Assembly: GCA_039815185.1 (NCBI GenBank)
Contig: JBCBZT010000027.1
Coordinates: forward strand, 32,001-96,000
Reading direction: 5' to 3'
DNA from: Cyanobacteria bacterium P01_A01_bin.123
GTDB lineage: Bacteria; Cyanobacteriota; Cyanobacteriia; Phormidesmidales; Phormidesmidaceae
Length of the DNA stretch: 64,000 nucleotides
Shown: in pieces, positions 19,592 through 28,865 of the stretch
How the letters are laid out: every line of letters starts with the position of its first letter
Position numbering within the stretch: the stretch's first letter is position 1
Notes under the pieces: model-generated
Told to the model about the DNA's origin: nothing
Seen by the model: the letters and a program-made list of their open reading frames with translations, nothing else
Databases searched by the model: none
Translations under genes and position numbers: made by a program

Positions 19592-21019
19592 CTAGGCATA
19601 TTGCATCAGCAACTGAGTCGTGGTTGCCGATAGTGGGGGCAAATAGGCGTACCAAGCAGGCGATCGCTCAATTTGAGGAAAATCTGGATACACACGAGCC
19701 ACTTCGCCCATAAAGTCGCGCCCCATTTGTCCCATCAACCGCAGTTGCCGAACCACGGTTTGGGCAATCCTTTGGGCAATCGCTTCCCGGTCTTGATCCA
19801 GGCGATGCAGCATAGGTAGCAATTTCTCTCCCAGACCGGGATCGTCAACCTCCAGCAGTAGGTCGAGATGGTGGCGATCGCTCATCAAATTGCGAATGCG
19901 TTCATCCATCGTCACGCCTACAGAGGGCACCAGCCCCGGCATAGAGGTAACAATCGCGTGGAAACGGGAACTCACAAGAAATGCGCTCTGGCGCAAAATA
20001 CCGACCAGTTCATGCAGGGTGTATTGATCACTGATGAAACAGGGCGCTGGTGATGAAAGCTGGGCATTGAGGTCATAGCAAGCCCGTCGATCCAGGCGCT
20101 CCATACCCACCACCACGGTGAAAATATCCCGCTGCTGGCTAAAGGCATTCACGGCCTGGGCCAACCCCTGAATATAGGTGCGATATTGACGATCCGCTGT
20201 GGCTGAATGGTGGTGAAAATAAAGGGATTTGTAATGCTGTTCCCGATATTTGCCAGTCAAACCCTGGTGAATAAACTTGCGCAGACTGGGCTTGATTGGC
20301 CACCAAAAGGGATTGATGGGACAAAGGGTTAGAACCGGACGAGTTCCATCCCAACCAGCCTGTTTGAGTAAATCGACGCCCCGTTGCGGCAAGTCGGGTT
20401 CAAACGTCCAGGCGGTGTCGGCTCCCGCCGTGCTGCGAATCCTTAACTGTTGACTGAGTAAGGTTTGAGAGGGCTGATTTCGGCAAAGGATGAGCGAATT
20501 TTGGCATTGGCGGCGAACGAAATGTTGCAAACTGGCATTCATCGCCCCTGCTTCGGCCCCGTAACCAACGCTGAGTTTTTCCTCAATGGCAGCCAACCCC
20601 AAGGCGGCTGACATCATTGTGGACAAACTATCGGCAAATTTTGATTTAAACATCGAGCCCTCACAAGCAATCACCCCATGGTGTTGAGGGCACTCGCGAG
20701 CAAGAAACTGCGGAAAAATATGGGGCAATCGCACCTGCTTGGCACCCTGAAAATAGTCTGCCGTTAGAGTCGGATCAAGGGTTGTCACCGTTAGGTCTGT
20801 GGATTGACCCAGGAGGTGCTGGAGTTGCCGCACAATCTCACTAACCCGCACATCAGCCCCGGTATTACGAGCCCCGTTGTAACCTGCTAGCAAGAGTTTG
20901 AGTGGTTTTCCCGGTCGCCATTGTTCTTGGGGCCATCCCAGGGTGCGCTTGATGCGAGTCGCTTGGGTATAGCCTGTGCAGAGGAGTTGTAGGGTTTGGT
21001 CAAGGTCAAGGGGGTTCAT
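19592..21019 (-). CDS. Polysaccharide pyruvyltransferase-like protein
   Basis: LLAGYNGARNTGAD N-terminal motif, GADTAW, VSSRFHAIV; probable ATG at 21019. Confidence 0.7.
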   Translation of the reverse strand: MNPLDLDQTLQLLCTGYTQATRIKRTLGWPQEQWRPGKPLKLLLAGYNGARNTGADVRVSEIVRQLQHLLGQSTDLTVTTLDPTLTADYFQGAKQVRLPHIFPQFLARECPQHHGVIACEGSMFKSKFADSLSTMMSAALGLAAIEEKLSVGYGAEAGAMNASLQHFVRRQCQNSLILCRNQPSQTLLSQQLRIRSTAGADTAWTFEPDLPQRGVDLLKQAGWDGTRPVLTLCPINPFWWPIKPSLRKFIHQGLTGKYREQHYKSLYFHHHSATADRQYRTYIQGLAQAVNAFSQQRDIFTVVVGMERLDRRACYDLNAQLSSPAPCFISDQYTLHELVGILRQSAFLVSSRFHAIVTSMPGLVPSVGVTMDERIRNLMSDRHHLDLLLEVDDPGLGEKLLPMLHRLDQDREAIAQRIAQTVVRQLRLMGQMGRDFMGEVARVYPDFPQIERSPAWYAYLPPLSATTTQLLMQYA

Positions 21020-21138
21020 TGTGGGGGAGGGGGGGATGGAGATGAGGGGGAGCAATAGTGGCAGGAGGGACGGGGGAGCGAGTCGTAAACGGCAACAAAG
21101 ATAGCTTGCTCCCCCGCTCCCCTTGCCCAAAAACACGC

Positions 21139-22281
21139 TCAATCGACCAAAGCATAACCAGTGTCAGTTTCAGGCCAGGGCTGATAAGGGAACTGGCAGT
21201 TGTGTTCTACTAAAAAGCGATGGAGGGGGGCTGCGTAGGTAATGAAGGGGGATGGAGCGGTTCCGAGTTCTTGGGTAATGCGGGTGTTGTCAAAAACGGT
21301 ATTGAACGTCAAGTAGGGCATAAATACTTTGAGTCGGGTGGCTGATCGGGCGATTCCCCACTGACGGGGAGTGGCGGCTAAGGCTTGGAGTAACCATGTC
21401 AAAGGCGATCGTAGTGGTGGCAAAAATAGGGGGGATACCCCTTGGGTGGCCGTGGCTAGACATTGGACAATCTGTTGGTAGGTGGGAGAGTGTATGCCTG
21501 CACTCAGGTGATAAATGGTGTGGGAGAGTTGTGCTTTTTGATGCAGGGTGGCGATCGCTTGGCCGACATAATCGGCAGGCACAATGTCAATTTGCCAGTC
21601 TGGCTGTAGCGGTATCACCCCAACTTGGTTGAGTAGGGCAAAGGCTCTGGCTGTGTCGAACTGAGTTGTTTGGGGAAAGCGGCTATCCCCGAGGACTGTA
21701 CTAGGGCGAAAGATGACATGGGGAACATCTGGCAATAATTCTTGGATGAGGTGCTCACAGAGTTTTTTGGTGGCGCCGTAGGGGTCGTAGTCTGGTCTGT
21801 CCCATTGAATCGCGTCAGTCTCGGTCACGACTTCGTTTTGGCGAATTCCAGCAACGGAGGTAGTGGAGATAGCACTGAAGCGGCGGAGGCCATGATCGCA
21901 GTGAGCGGCGCGGGCCAATTTCAAGACGGCAAGCGTACCGCGCACATTTACGTTGTGACACGCTTGAAGTGATTTGCGATTCAAGATCGCGGCGGCATGA
22001 ATCACAGACTCTGTGGAACCGACTAGTCGATCCCAGTTCTGCAGGGACAATCCCAAGCGGGGTTGGGTCATGTCTCCTAAATAGAGATCTATACGGTTGA
22101 GTGCCTGATGAAATTGCGTCGGGGTCATGTGCAATTGGAAGGCCTGCCACAACCGCGATCGCGCTGCATCAGTAGAGGTTGCCCGGACTAATAGGGCCAG
22201 GCGATCGCAGGTCGTATTTAAGAGTTCATTGGCAACGTAGGCACCGATATAGCCCGTTGCACCGGTCAATACAATCGTCAT
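21139..22281 (-). CDS. Extended SDR / fatty acyl reductase-like oxidoreductase
   Basis: LTGATGYIG, HAAA, NVRGT, YGATK, FRPSTVLGDS, DIVPADYV. Confidence 0.88.
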   Translation of the reverse strand: MTIVLTGATGYIGAYVANELLNTTCDRLALLVRATSTDAARSRLWQAFQLHMTPTQFHQALNRIDLYLGDMTQPRLGLSLQNWDRLVGSTESVIHAAAILNRKSLQACHNVNVRGTLAVLKLARAAHCDHGLRRFSAISTTSVAGIRQNEVVTETDAIQWDRPDYDPYGATKKLCEHLIQELLPDVPHVIFRPSTVLGDSRFPQTTQFDTARAFALLNQVGVIPLQPDWQIDIVPADYVGQAIATLHQKAQLSHTIYHLSAGIHSPTYQQIVQCLATATQGVSPLFLPPLRSPLTWLLQALAATPRQWGIARSATRLKVFMPYLTFNTVFDNTRITQELGTAPSPFITYAAPLHRFLVEHNCQFPYQPWPETDTGYALVD

Positions 22282-22294
22282 GGGATGCTCACAT

Positions 22295-23752
22295 CTATAG
22301 CTCAGGCTGTAAGGCGTTCAATAAAGTCCGTTTGGGCAAGGTGCATTTGAGCTGCTGCCGAGTATCAACCAAAAACCCTGTCCGCAGAAAATACGCGAAA
22401 TAGGTGTGTAGGAGCTGCTCATTAACGCTGGGACAGTAGATAGCCGCTCTATCTAGGACGGTTTGGGTCTGTTGGCTATCGAATTTGGGGCGTCTAGCCT
22501 GCTGATATAACTCTGGTAAGGTCAGATCTGTGTCTGGCAGTTGCCGTCGAAAGAATGGCCGCAGCGGCACTAGGGGATTGTCCTGGGAATAGAGTTGGTG
22601 GAGCTGATCGAGCCAGTCATGGTAAGCAATTTGCTTCACAGCAAACCCAAAGGATTGTATCCAGCTAACCAACTGATGCCAGGGGTAGGGTTTGGGATTG
22701 GTGAGATGGAAGGTTTGACCGATGGCGTCTGGCTGCTGTGACAGATAAATAATGCTGCGGCTGACATAGTCTACCGGGGCTAAATCGAGCTGGTAATCCA
22801 GGTCAGGGGCAGTGCCCATCTGCAGACAACCCTTGATCAGGCGACAGATCAGATCATCGGTGTTGACGACCCCTGTTTGGCTGTGGCCAGAAATAAAAGG
22901 CGCTCGGTAAATGCAGACGGGCAAGCCGCGATCGCGGGCGCTGATCATTAGTTTTTCGGCGACCCACTTACTTTGGGAATAGCCCAGGCCAATGCCCTCG
23001 CTATGGATTAACGGGTCTGACTCCAGGATTTGTTTGTGGGCATAGGCCGGGGAGTCAAACACCGCAACGCTGGAAACATAGTGAACGGGTGCGTCCTGAC
23101 TGCAACTCGCCAACCGTAAGACTTCCTGGGTACCTTGAACATTCACTGATCGCAAGCGGGCGTAATCATAAACGTAGTTCAACAATGCGCCACTGTGGTA
23201 AATGCAGCCAATTTGATCCGCGAGGTGCTGAAATTGCTCGGGTGAGAGTCCGAAGTAGGGCTGACCTAAATCGCCAATGACGGGCATAATGCGATCGCAA
23301 TTAGTCTCATGCCAGAGACCATAGGCTTGGAGATTAGTCTGAATACGCTGCTTTCCTGAAGACACATCAGCAGCTCTCACCAGGCAGTAACAGTTAGCCT
23401 GAGTCCGCTGCAGCAGCTCTTGGAGGATAAAAGCCCCTAAGAACCCAGTAGCTCCGGTCAAGAAAATTGCCGATGGGCGGTGCTGCGAGTCTGGGGGCGT
23501 TGCTTTGGGTTGAATACTGGAATCCAGCACAACTTCTGAGGTTAAATCTCCCAGGAAAAAACCGTCTGATTCGGTTGCAATGGCAGACTGCTGTTGAACT
23601 AATGCCAAAAGTGTGGGTTTATGTTGGCGTAGCGTCTGTTGCAGCTTTGGGGTTAAAACCCCTTTGGGGGCTTTAATGTGGAGCTGATCCTGCTTAGCCC
23701 AGAGCGTTGCCCCCCGTTGGCGGAGAGCACTTAGCAATTGATCAGGGGTCAT
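22295..23752 (-). CDS. Stand-alone thioester reductase with TubC-N-type docking domain
   Basis: N-terminal LRQRGATLWAKQDQLHIKAPKGVLT...HKPTLLALV; R-domain FLTGATGFLG, GYSQSKWVAE, PVDYV. Confidence 0.88.
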   Translation of the reverse strand: MTPDQLLSALRQRGATLWAKQDQLHIKAPKGVLTPKLQQTLRQHKPTLLALVQQQSAIATESDGFFLGDLTSEVVLDSSIQPKATPPDSQHRPSAIFLTGATGFLGAFILQELLQRTQANCYCLVRAADVSSGKQRIQTNLQAYGLWHETNCDRIMPVIGDLGQPYFGLSPEQFQHLADQIGCIYHSGALLNYVYDYARLRSVNVQGTQEVLRLASCSQDAPVHYVSSVAVFDSPAYAHKQILESDPLIHSEGIGLGYSQSKWVAEKLMISARDRGLPVCIYRAPFISGHSQTGVVNTDDLICRLIKGCLQMGTAPDLDYQLDLAPVDYVSRSIIYLSQQPDAIGQTFHLTNPKPYPWHQLVSWIQSFGFAVKQIAYHDWLDQLHQLYSQDNPLVPLRPFFRRQLPDTDLTLPELYQQARRPKFDSQQTQTVLDRAAIYCPSVNEQLLHTYFAYFLRTGFLVDTRQQLKCTLPKRTLLNALQPEL

Positions 23753-24087
23753 AGGACGATTTCCTCCTCCTCCATTTCCCTAGCGTTGCCACAATATTGT
23801 GCTAGGGCCGCGATCGTGGGATAGGTGTAGGGTAGGGTGGGCTCTAGTTTATGGCCTAGCCAGTTTTCTAAATCTCCGGCCATACCAAAAACCACGACTG
23901 AATCCAAGCCATAACTGTCAAAGGTGGCATGACTGTCGATGTCATCGTTGGTCACCTCCAAAAGTTCAGCCAGGTAGGCAACTAACCACTTCTGAATGTC
24001 ATCGGGTGTTTGAGACGGGAGACTAGCACGATGGTTGTTAGCCAGCGGAGAAACCTGTTGAGGACTTTGAAGTTGTAAGCGATTCAT
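23749..24087 (-). CDS. Acyl carrier protein
   Basis: FDSYGLDSV Ppant motif, YPTIAALA; acidic C-terminal tail EMEEEEIVL; ATG 24087. Confidence 0.9.
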   Translation of the reverse strand: MNRLQLQSPQQVSPLANNHRASLPSQTPDDIQKWLVAYLAELLEVTNDDIDSHATFDSYGLDSVVVFGMAGDLENWLGHKLEPTLPYTYPTIAALAQYCGNAREMEEEEIVL

Positions 24088-24157
24088 GATCTTAATGTTT
24101 GGAGCATTGGGTCTAGACAATGAAAATTGGGTATTGTGGTTGCGAATTCGTTGGTTA

Positions 24158-26827
24158 TCAGACTCGGCATTTCGCAGTTTCCACGGTTGCCGCCGAAGGC
24201 ACTTTGACATCCCACACCAGACCTAACCGAGTTAATGCCCGAATCAGCCAACCGCCAATGTCAATTTGCCACCATGCCAGTCCGAAAAGTGCTGAATAGG
24301 CAAAGGCGTGATGATTGTTGTGCCATGCTTCTCCCAGCGTAGGGATTGCCAGCCAGACATTGTTAGTACTCTGCTCTCGGGTCACAAAAGGACGTTGACC
24401 GAAGCAATGACAAATAGAATTGATGCTGAACGTGGATTGTTGCACAAGCCAGATACGAACTAGCCCACCCCATAAAAATCCTTCCCATGCCCCCGACCAT
24501 GAGACACTGAGTCCACCCCCGAGGAGGGTAGGGATAATCAGCCCTAATGCCGTCCAGAGATAGTATCTGCTACTCAGCCAATTGACTAAGGCATCTTGCA
24601 TCAGATCCTTAGCAAAGGCATGAGTATTGGTGATTTCTGGAATTAGAATCCACCCACTATGCGCATGCCATAAACCCTGGATCAATCCTCGCAATCCTGG
24701 CCCACTGAGATGGGGAGAATGGGGATCACCAGGACTATCCGTATAGCTATGGTGCCGCCGATGCTGCGCAACCCAATAAATCAAAGGGGCTTGGGCTGCC
24801 ATTGATCCGAGAATGGCCAAGCTGGTTTTGACCGACCGATGGGCTTTGAACGCTCTGTGGGCAAAGTATCGGTGGAAACCTACCGTGATGCCAACCATGG
24901 TGGCCAGATACATGCTGCCTAAAAGACTCAGGTCTAAACCGCTAACGCCCCACTTCCAGCTCCACGCCAATGCCACGATGCAGCCCAGTAAGGGCAGCAA
25001 ATTCGTAACCATGAGGTGATGCCGCTGGCGCTGTACGAGATGGCTATGCTTAAACGTGAGGGGTGCTTTTTTGGGTGATGTCTGTAAAGCGCCTGGTGCT
25101 CCAGCAATGCTCCGTAAGTCATTGGTCAAGAAGGCGGCCCGACAAGCCCGTCGCTGAATTTTGCCGCTCGATGTCTTGGGAATACTGCCGGGTCGCACCA
25201 AGACAGCACGGTGCAAATCTAGGGCATGGTGAGTTGCGATCGCCTGCCGGATTGCAACCATCACTGCCTTGACATCCAGTTTCCTCAAGTGGCTACGTTC
25301 TATTTCTTGGACAACCACTAACCGCTCTGCCCCCTCAACATCAATGGCAAAGGCTGCACCTGCATTGGCTTGCAAAGCTGGATGACTGGCCGCTACTGTG
25401 TGCTCAATATCCTGGGGATAGTGGTTTTGCCCCCGGATGATGATCAAATCTTTGAGTCGCCCCGTTACGAAGAGTTGGCCATTGAGCTCAAACCCTAAAT
25501 CGCCGGTGCGGAGGAAGGGGCCAACGCCCGTATCCGCGAGATCAGCCTGGAAGGTTTGGGCCGTGGCTTCAGGCTGTTGCCAATACCCCTGAGCCACACT
25601 CGGCCCTGAAATCCAGATCTCACCGACTTGGCCGATAGAACATGGGGTTAGGGTTTCGGGATGCACAATGTAAAGTTGATGGTCAGGGGTAGTTTGGCCA
25701 CAGCTAACAATGGTGCGATCGCTAGCGGATACTTCAACCGCCGGCACCACCTGATGCTGCTCTAAGGCAGCTCCATCAACCGGTTGCACAATCGGCTGGG
25801 TGCCCTTGTGGCCACCAGCTATCAGCAGCGTAGCCTCCGCCATGCCATAACACGGATAAAAAGCCGTCTGTCGAAAACCATAGGGGGCAAAGGTTTGACT
25901 AAATTGCGATAACGTCTCTGGCCGAATGAGCTCGGCTCCCGTAAAGGCAATATCCCAATTACTCAAATCGAGATCGGCCATCTGGTCAGGTCGAATTTTA
26001 CGGACGCAGAGGTCATAGGCAAAATTAGGCCCACCACTGATGGTGGCTCGATGCTGAGAAATTGCATGCAGCCAGCGCATCGGTTTTTGCAAAAACATTA
26101 CTGGCGACATTAGCGTTATCGGGAAACCCGCGTAGAGGGGTTGGAGCACGCCGCCAATCAGCCCCATGTCGTGATACGGTGGCAACCAAATGACACCCCG
26201 GCTTTCCGAGGTATGTCCAAAGGCTTGCTGAATTCCCTGCAAGTTGTTGAGCAAATTGCCATGACTCACCATAACGCCCTTGGGTTTGCCAGTGGACCCA
26301 GAGGTATACTGCAGAAACGCTAAGGTGTCGCTGGTGATCGGCGGCGCTTGCCAATTAATTGCTTGCTCAAGGGCCAGCTGATCCGTGGAGAACCATGCCA
26401 GGGTGGCAAGATCAGGAACCTGAGCGGCTTGGTGACTCATGGTGGCCCAGGCTGCGGTAGTCGTCAAGGCCACTGCCGCTTCAGCGTCGGCTGCGATCGC
26501 CCTAAGTCTTTCCAGGGTTTGATTGCGGCGTGGAGGATAGGCTGGCACCGGGATCAGGTTGGCGTATAAGCAGCCAAAGAAGGCGGCAATGAATGCTAAC
26601 CCTGGCGGATAAATCAACAATGCCCGAGTCCCGGCTGGGTATTGAGATTGGAGTTGAGCTGCGATCGTTCGGGCTTGCAGATCCAGTGCTTGATAGGTCA
26701 AAGATTCAGACTTTGCTTCCCCATCTGTCAAAAAGGTATAGGCAATTTGATCGGGTTGGTGCAAAGCGCGATCGCTCAAAAGTTCAATTAAGGTTGAGTA
26801 ATGCATAAGATCAAACTCGCTATCCAA
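24158..26827 (-). CDS. Fatty acyl-AMP ligase fused to a membrane acyl desaturase
   Basis: FAAL motifs FLQYTSGSTG, WLPPYHDMGLIG, YGMAEATL, PKTSSGKIQR; C-terminal His boxes GFHRYFAH, HRRHH, HNNHH; possible ATG at 26806. Confidence 0.92.
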   Translation of the reverse strand: MDSEFDLMHYSTLIELLSDRALHQPDQIAYTFLTDGEAKSESLTYQALDLQARTIAAQLQSQYPAGTRALLIYPPGLAFIAAFFGCLYANLIPVPAYPPRRNQTLERLRAIAADAEAAVALTTTAAWATMSHQAAQVPDLATLAWFSTDQLALEQAINWQAPPITSDTLAFLQYTSGSTGKPKGVMVSHGNLLNNLQGIQQAFGHTSESRGVIWLPPYHDMGLIGGVLQPLYAGFPITLMSPVMFLQKPMRWLHAISQHRATISGGPNFAYDLCVRKIRPDQMADLDLSNWDIAFTGAELIRPETLSQFSQTFAPYGFRQTAFYPCYGMAEATLLIAGGHKGTQPIVQPVDGAALEQHQVVPAVEVSASDRTIVSCGQTTPDHQLYIVHPETLTPCSIGQVGEIWISGPSVAQGYWQQPEATAQTFQADLADTGVGPFLRTGDLGFELNGQLFVTGRLKDLIIIRGQNHYPQDIEHTVAASHPALQANAGAAFAIDVEGAERLVVVQEIERSHLRKLDVKAVMVAIRQAIATHHALDLHRAVLVRPGSIPKTSSGKIQRRACRAAFLTNDLRSIAGAPGALQTSPKKAPLTFKHSHLVQRQRHHLMVTNLLPLLGCIVALAWSWKWGVSGLDLSLLGSMYLATMVGITVGFHRYFAHRAFKAHRSVKTSLAILGSMAAQAPLIYWVAQHRRHHSYTDSPGDPHSPHLSGPGLRGLIQGLWHAHSGWILIPEITNTHAFAKDLMQDALVNWLSSRYYLWTALGLIIPTLLGGGLSVSWSGAWEGFLWGGLVRIWLVQQSTFSINSICHCFGQRPFVTREQSTNNVWLAIPTLGEAWHNNHHAFAYSALFGLAWWQIDIGGWLIRALTRLGLVWDVKVPSAATVETAKCRV

Positions 26828-27099
26828 AATCTGGCAGTTATCTCATCATCAAATTCAATCCAGCCAGCAAAATTGTGTTGCTAAAGATATGCACTATGAG
26901 GCTAGGGTCGAAAGATTTGTAGTCGCAAAAATCATAAAGAAGATGGCGTTGTATAGCTGTTAATGTATGAGGAAATCGAGAAGAAGTCGGGAAGGATATA
27001 GATTCCTATCTTCTCAGCTCTATCATTTATTTGAATCTTGAAAGGGGGGTGACATTTAAGCCAGGAAACCTGTTAATTAAAAGAGATTAGAATGATACT

Positions 27100-27351
27100 T
27101 TCTCTGTGAATGACGTCATCAATCTCTGGTTCGCCTGGGGAAAACTCATGTATTGTAGCTGCTTGATCGTACTCACGATACGACTGGACGTAAGCTGCCC
27201 GCCCGCGAATACGTCCATCGAAGTCAGGCGGCGCGATCACAGCCTGCTCGGAGACCCCGATATCATCATCCTATTGACTTAACCAGAGTTCATTGATCCG
27301 CCGAACCATACGCCGAATAACCGCTTCATCGGACGCTTCTTGATGACGCAT
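27100..27351 (-). pseudogene. NTF2/SnoaL (DUF4440)-like gene remnant
   Basis: GGAG RBS, ATG 27351; MRHQ...INELWLSQ*DDDIG...APPDFDGRIRGRAAYVQSY; in-frame TAG at 27271-27273 and apparent 3' truncation. Confidence 0.5.
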
Positions 27352-27549
27352 GATGTTCTCCACGACCGACTAACTATGATTAGATTGAATCTGTCTGCCT
27401 AGTATCCCCAACGGGCCAAGCATTCAACGCGATCACCTTGGACTGTTTGCAGAAATCGCAACTATGCAGGGGTATGAGACTACCCAAACTATGCAAAGAC
27501 ATAAGGTTACTCAGGACTCATAAAGGTGATTCTGAGACGATCCCTAAAA

Positions 27550-27600
27550 TGCCAGGAGGCGGACTTGAATCGCCGACACGAGGATTTTCAGTCCCCCTGC
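27550..27600 (-). other. 3' half of tRNA-Phe(GAA), att-site remnant
   Basis: Minus strand reads GCAGGGGGACTGAAAATCCTCGTGTCGGCGATTCAAGTCCGCCTCCTGGCA (anticodon arm, T arm, 3' acceptor); the 5' half and D arm are absent. Confidence 0.8.
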
Positions 27601-27632
27601 GCAGAAGATTTTGAATCGTAATTAATGGATCG

Positions 27633-27947
27633 CTAAGCCACTTGCAGCGCCAAAGTCTCTGAGAAGTCTGGCTCGGGAAGCTCAGGATGAGAAAGCAGGT
27701 GAATCGCGAGGGGCGTTTTTAAATTTACCCAGGCAACGTAGCGATGCTTAGAGGCTGTGATCACCATATCTGATGCACTCGAATTAAATCGATCAAATTG
27801 TTCGAAGAACCCTGCCCTTTCCTCCGCTGGAGAGACTAGCACCTGCACGAATAGTTCATTGCGGAAACGCATCCCGGTGGTAATTTGGCTATCGTGCCAA
27901 AAACTAAAGGGTTTGATGAAAGCTTCTGTAATGACTAAGGTATCCAT
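27633..27947 (-). CDS. Small cyanobacterial hypothetical protein
   Basis: 104-aa ATG ORF, IKPFSFWH...GMRFRNELF...VITASKHRYVAWV. Confidence 0.6.
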   Translation of the reverse strand: MDTLVITEAFIKPFSFWHDSQITTGMRFRNELFVQVLVSPAEERAGFFEQFDRFNSSASDMVITASKHRYVAWVNLKTPLAIHLLSHPELPEPDFSETLALQVA

Positions 27948-28355
27948 CTGTATCTATATCTCGCTGTTCACATCGGACTGGGTAAACGCGGCTGTTAAAA
28001 CAGCTCCCCTTACTTGATATAACTCATGTGAGCAAAGCTCTTATGCCTTAAAGTTAAGGTTGTTCAGAAGCTTAAAAAATAATGCGTTCTTAGCACCAAT
28101 GACTTTATAAGGCTAGGTGATCTTACAGGTTTTCTGGACTAGGTTTCTATCTGTAATTGTCTACGCTTGGTCGTTAACGCGTAGTTGCAGAGGTGAATCC
28201 AGCGCCTATTGATACTTTGTACCGAGTGCTGCGGATTAATTGCTTAGTTGATTGTGCAGGGAGTCGGTATTGAAATTAGATGCGTTATTTACCCTGGCTG
28301 CATTTTCAAGCAAGCGACTCAGTAAAAGACTGAGAATCACTAGCAGAAATAGCTG

Positions 28356-28535
28356 ATGGATACGAGCGGGCTCTGTTGCAAAAACAGGGTATCGATCGTT
28401 ATCAAAGACGAGCAGCGCGGCCCTGACTTTCGGTGGTGCAACATTCCCCAACTCAAAGCGATCGCGTCGCTGTACCGAGTGCCAAAGTACAACCGCCTGC
28501 GTAAGGCCGAACTGGTGGCAGCACTGAGCGGGTGA
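28356..28535 (+). CDS. Short Rho-N/HeH-like domain ORF (probably a fragment)
   Basis: Translated by hand: ...WCNIPQLKAIASLYRVPKYNRLRKAELVAALSG*. Confidence 0.4.
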   Translation: MDTSGLCCKNRVSIVIKDEQRGPDFRWCNIPQLKAIASLYRVPKYNRLRKAELVAALSG

Positions 28536-28865
28536 GTCTACCGGGGTGGGCAAGTGGCGCAGTTAAACCCCGTGACCGATGCCAGTACATCCAATCGTGA
28601 CCGATACCAGTACATCTAATAACGAGGACTAGAAATGACTTCAACAACCCACAAGCAACCTACATAATCCAGGGGCAACCACAGCACTGAGCTGAGGACC
28701 ATGACGGTTCAGAGTTACTGCGGCTCTACCACGTGCATCGAATTCGAGGGGCGTCTTATCAGTATCGATTAAGGGCCAAGCCGAAGCCTAACCCCATTTG
28801 AAAACGGCGATCGCGCCACGCGACCAAACGAACGCGATCGCCATCACGCACTAAGGATTCTAGCC

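Noticed and set aside
21020..21142. N-terminal extension of the pyruvyltransferase-like ORF
   Set aside because: Low-complexity C/G-run repeat sequence; ATG 21019 is the more plausible start.
27550..27600. Functional tRNA-Phe gene
   Set aside because: The 5' acceptor strand and D arm are missing and the T stem has a mismatch.
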